Of a stretch of DNA of 32,000 nucleotides, positions 29,778-32,000 are shown piece by piece. The translations under genes were made by a program, and so were the position numbers. Each line of letters starts with the position of its first letter. The stretch's first letter is position 1. The notes under the pieces are model-generated. The model was not told the origin of the DNA and searched no databases. It saw only the letters and a list, made by a program, of their open reading frames with translations. This DNA is from Psychrobacter cryohalolentis K5 (GTDB lineage: Bacteria; Pseudomonadota; Gammaproteobacteria; Pseudomonadales; Moraxellaceae): the NCBI RefSeq assembly GCF_000013905.1, contig NC_007969.1, positions 2,820,001 through 2,852,000 of the forward strand, in the 5' to 3' direction.

Positions 29778-30311
29778 TTAATAGTCACTTGGCCATGCCA
29801 CTAGCACTGTCTTTTCAGTCAGATCGACTTTCACTACAGTTTGCTTGTGCCATGGAATTAGGCGCTCTTCTTTATCCAAGCTGTCTGTCGTTGCCGCAAC
29901 CCGCATAATAGCGTGGGCGCCAGTTTCAAACATCTCAGTAATATCGCCTAGATATTCATCCTGCTCGTTCATCACGCGCAGGCTGACCAAATCCGACCAA
30001 TAGTATTCATCCTCAGCAGGTTCTGGCAAGATGTCTTGCTCGACCCAAAGAGTTACCCCATTCATGGTCTCAGCAACATTGCGATCAGGAATCTGCTCAA
30101 ACTGAGCCACAATTCCTGTGCCTTGCTCACGCCAAGCCTTTACTGTCAAAGGTTTCATACCGGTAGCGGTTTTCATCCACCAAGGCTTGATGTCAAATAT
30201 CGCCGTACGATCGTCTGTTTCACTAAATACCCAAAGCCAACCTTTGATGCCATAAGGCTTTTTGAGCTGACCAATTTTCATAAGGGCACTAGCGTTTGGA
30301 GCAGACGACAT
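29778..30311 (-). CDS. rimM: Ribosome maturation factor RimM
   Basis: ..G.L.KPYGIKGWLWVFS.TDD....F...PW......., DEYYW.DL.. and a PRC-barrel C-terminus resemble E. coli RimM. Start taken as ATG 30311; ATG 30281 is an alternative. The ORF-track start 30383 adds a hydrophobic non-conserved extension. Confidence 0.88.
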   Translation of the reverse strand: MSSAPNASALMKIGQLKKPYGIKGWLWVFSETDDRTAIFDIKPWWMKTATGMKPLTVKAWREQGTGIVAQFEQIPDRNVAETMNGVTLWVEQDILPEPAEDEYYWSDLVSLRVMNEQDEYLGDITEMFETGAHAIMRVAATTDSLDKEERLIPWHKQTVVKVDLTEKTVLVAWPSDY

Positions 30312-30490
30312 AACGGCTAACCTAACAATGATAAAAACAGCGATGATAAATAAAAAGCTATTAAAAACGATAAACGTCGTCAAAAGCGATAAACAGTTAA
30401 TGGCGTACCCTGGTTAGACCAGTTACGCTAGGTATTCTTAAGCCAACTGATGGATGCATAAATGCACTATCAGTCTATTGCAGCCAAAAC

Positions 30491-30760
30491 TTAAGCAGTA
30501 GCTTCAGTTTGAGCAGCAGACTTATTATAAGCTTTTGCTAATGAAGCAACGCGATCAGAAGGTTGTGCACCTTTTGCGACCCACGCATTATACGCTTCCA
30601 TGTTCAAGCGCACTGCTTCTTCAGAATCTTTAGCGAGTGGGTTAAAAAAGCCAATGTTTTCAATATAGCGACCGTCACGCGCGCGGCGTTGATCAGCAAC
30701 AACTACTTGATAAAATGGGCGTTTCTTGGCACCGCCCCGTGCTAAACGAATAACAACCAT
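30491..30760 (-). CDS. rpsP: 30S ribosomal protein S16
   Basis: [35 protein letters not shown] is canonical S16. Confidence 0.97.
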   Translation of the reverse strand: MVVIRLARGGAKKRPFYQVVVADQRRARDGRYIENIGFFNPLAKDSEEAVRLNMEAYNAWVAKGAQPSDRVASLAKAYNKSAAQTEATA

Positions 30761-30799
30761 GTGAATTCTCTCTTTCGCAGGTATACCAAAAAGGGCATA

Positions 30800-30828
30800 A
30801 TTATACCACAGTCTTATTTTATTGAAAA
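30800..30828 (-). promoter_or_regulatory. Candidate promoter of rpsP-rimM-trmD-rplS
   Basis: Minus strand TTTTCA (plus 30823-30828), 17-nt spacer, extended -10 TGgTATAAT (plus 30800-30808), about 40 nt upstream of the rpsP ATG. Confidence 0.45.
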
Positions 30829-31056
30829 CATAAACTGTGCTTATTTAATTATTTATTAACAATAGCTTAAATCGTTATGACTGTAAATAAGATTCATCAT
30901 TCACGCTGCTAATATGATGGATACTCCTCTATCATATGCCTTTATCTTAAGCGGATGATATTGCCAGCGTTGTCGATGAAAGCTGGCAGCGTTATTAATG
31001 GGTTATGCTATCCTAGCAATAGCATCTGTCACTGCCTCATTATAATTTGGATTCCT

Positions 31057-32000
31057 ATGACCACGCCAAACCCACCATTGCCTCATAAAAGCTGGTTACC
31101 CCGCTCTTACTCTAATAGTCTGCTAACCACTCTAATGGTGGCTTTTATTGTTCTCATTAGCGTCGGGGTATCAATTTTGTTTTTTTGGCGCAGTCTATAT
31201 TTACCAGAGCTCAAAAGCCATGCGCGCTATTTGACCAGCGAGCTTCGGCTGATGAACAGCGCCAATCGAGACTGGCGGGACAATCCTGAAGTTCGTCAGT
31301 GGATTTATCAGCACTCACATGTAGTAGTGGTGGATAACCCAAGTGACTTTCCAGAGGTTGCGGACAAAGCTTTTGTCAGTGTTTTTACGGATGTGTTGCA
31401 GCGAGAAATCAGCGCACAATTGGGCCGACCAGTTGAAGTATATTTTAAATTTAAACCAACCCCTCAGCTTTGGGTACAAGACAGTCGTGATAGCAGTTTT
31501 TGGATACGCGAACCTGTGGTCTATTATTCGCAGTACAGCCCTACTTTATTGATCTTGTTTTTGTTTGGGCTACCCATTTTGACACTGTTGACGATTATTT
31601 TATTAGCCCGTCAATTAAACCGTCCTCTACGTTATCTTCAACGTGCTGCTACCAACTATATTCAGTTGGGTCATGCAACAACGCTACCGACCCGTCATGG
31701 TCCTACCGAGATTCGCCAAGTAAATATGGCTTTTAACCGTCTGTTTACTACTCTTAACCAGGCGCAAAAAGAGCGTACGATTATGTTAGCTGGCATCTCA
31801 CACGATTTGCGTACCCCGCTGACTCGTATGCGCTTAACTGCTGAAATGCTGCCCGATGATTTTTTTCGTGAAGGGTTGATTTACGATATCGAAGATATGG
31901 ATGCTATTTTAGAGCAATTTATCTCGTTTATGAAAGATGGCTCCGATGAGCCTGTACGCCTTACCAATTTAGATACCATATTTAATGAGATTATGGTGCA
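31057..32000 (+). CDS. envZ: EnvZ-like osmosensor histidine kinase (5' partial, continues past window end)
   Basis: Not in the ORF track because no stop occurs before the window end. Frame 1 from ATG 31057 is open for 314 codons: TM1 ([22 protein letters not shown]), periplasmic segment, TM2, HAMP (LARQLNRPL) and H-box [22 protein letters not shown] (E. coli EnvZ has [21 protein letters not shown]). Confidence 0.8.
   Translation, partial: [314 protein letters not shown]

Noticed and set aside
31343-31736. 69-aa and 78-aa plus-strand ORFs near the window end
   Set aside because: They are off-frame ORFs inside the open EnvZ-like reading frame (frame 1 from 31057), which has clear HAMP and H-box motifs.

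Overview
The window reads as contiguous, AT-rich core chromosome of a gammaproteobacterium. It is probably Moraxellaceae (Psychrobacter-like); that is an inference from the protein sequences and the Pseudomonadales-type hisI/E-tatABC arrangement. I can support about 31 protein genes, nearly all housekeeping. In order they are: trxA (3' end)-rho; a glycine-zipper lipoprotein; ypfJ; an acidic lipoprotein; ihfA-pheT-pheS-rplT-rpmI (minus strand); hisIE-tatA-tatB-tatC; a compact SF1 helicase; dusC; an OsmC-family/MAPEG pair; rppH; an NRDE/TANGO2-like gene; a DUF4140/DUF4139 (MuiA-like) exported protein; lgt-thyA-folA; uvrC; a large permease-like membrane protein; a DUF4442 hotdog-fold protein; rplS-trmD-rimM-rpsP (minus strand); and the 5' part of an EnvZ-like histidine kinase. 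Many ORF-track entries have spurious N-terminal extensions, and I re-called those starts by homology. I found no rRNA, tRNA, CRISPR array, transposase, integrase, phage genes, toxin-antitoxin pair or recognisable defence island, so I cannot honestly claim a novel multi-gene system. The least housekeeping items are listed below. (1) An orphan roughly 500-aa UvrD-like helicase sits directly behind the tatABC terminator. (2) A 16-bp perfect inverted repeat lies between the DUF4139 and NRDE genes. (3) Several orphan terminator-like hairpins lie in 5' leaders or divergent intergenic regions. (4) The rpmI-rplT operon lacks infC. (5) hisI and hisE are fused through a low-complexity linker. All RNA-level calls are hand-folded and need experimental or computational confirmation.
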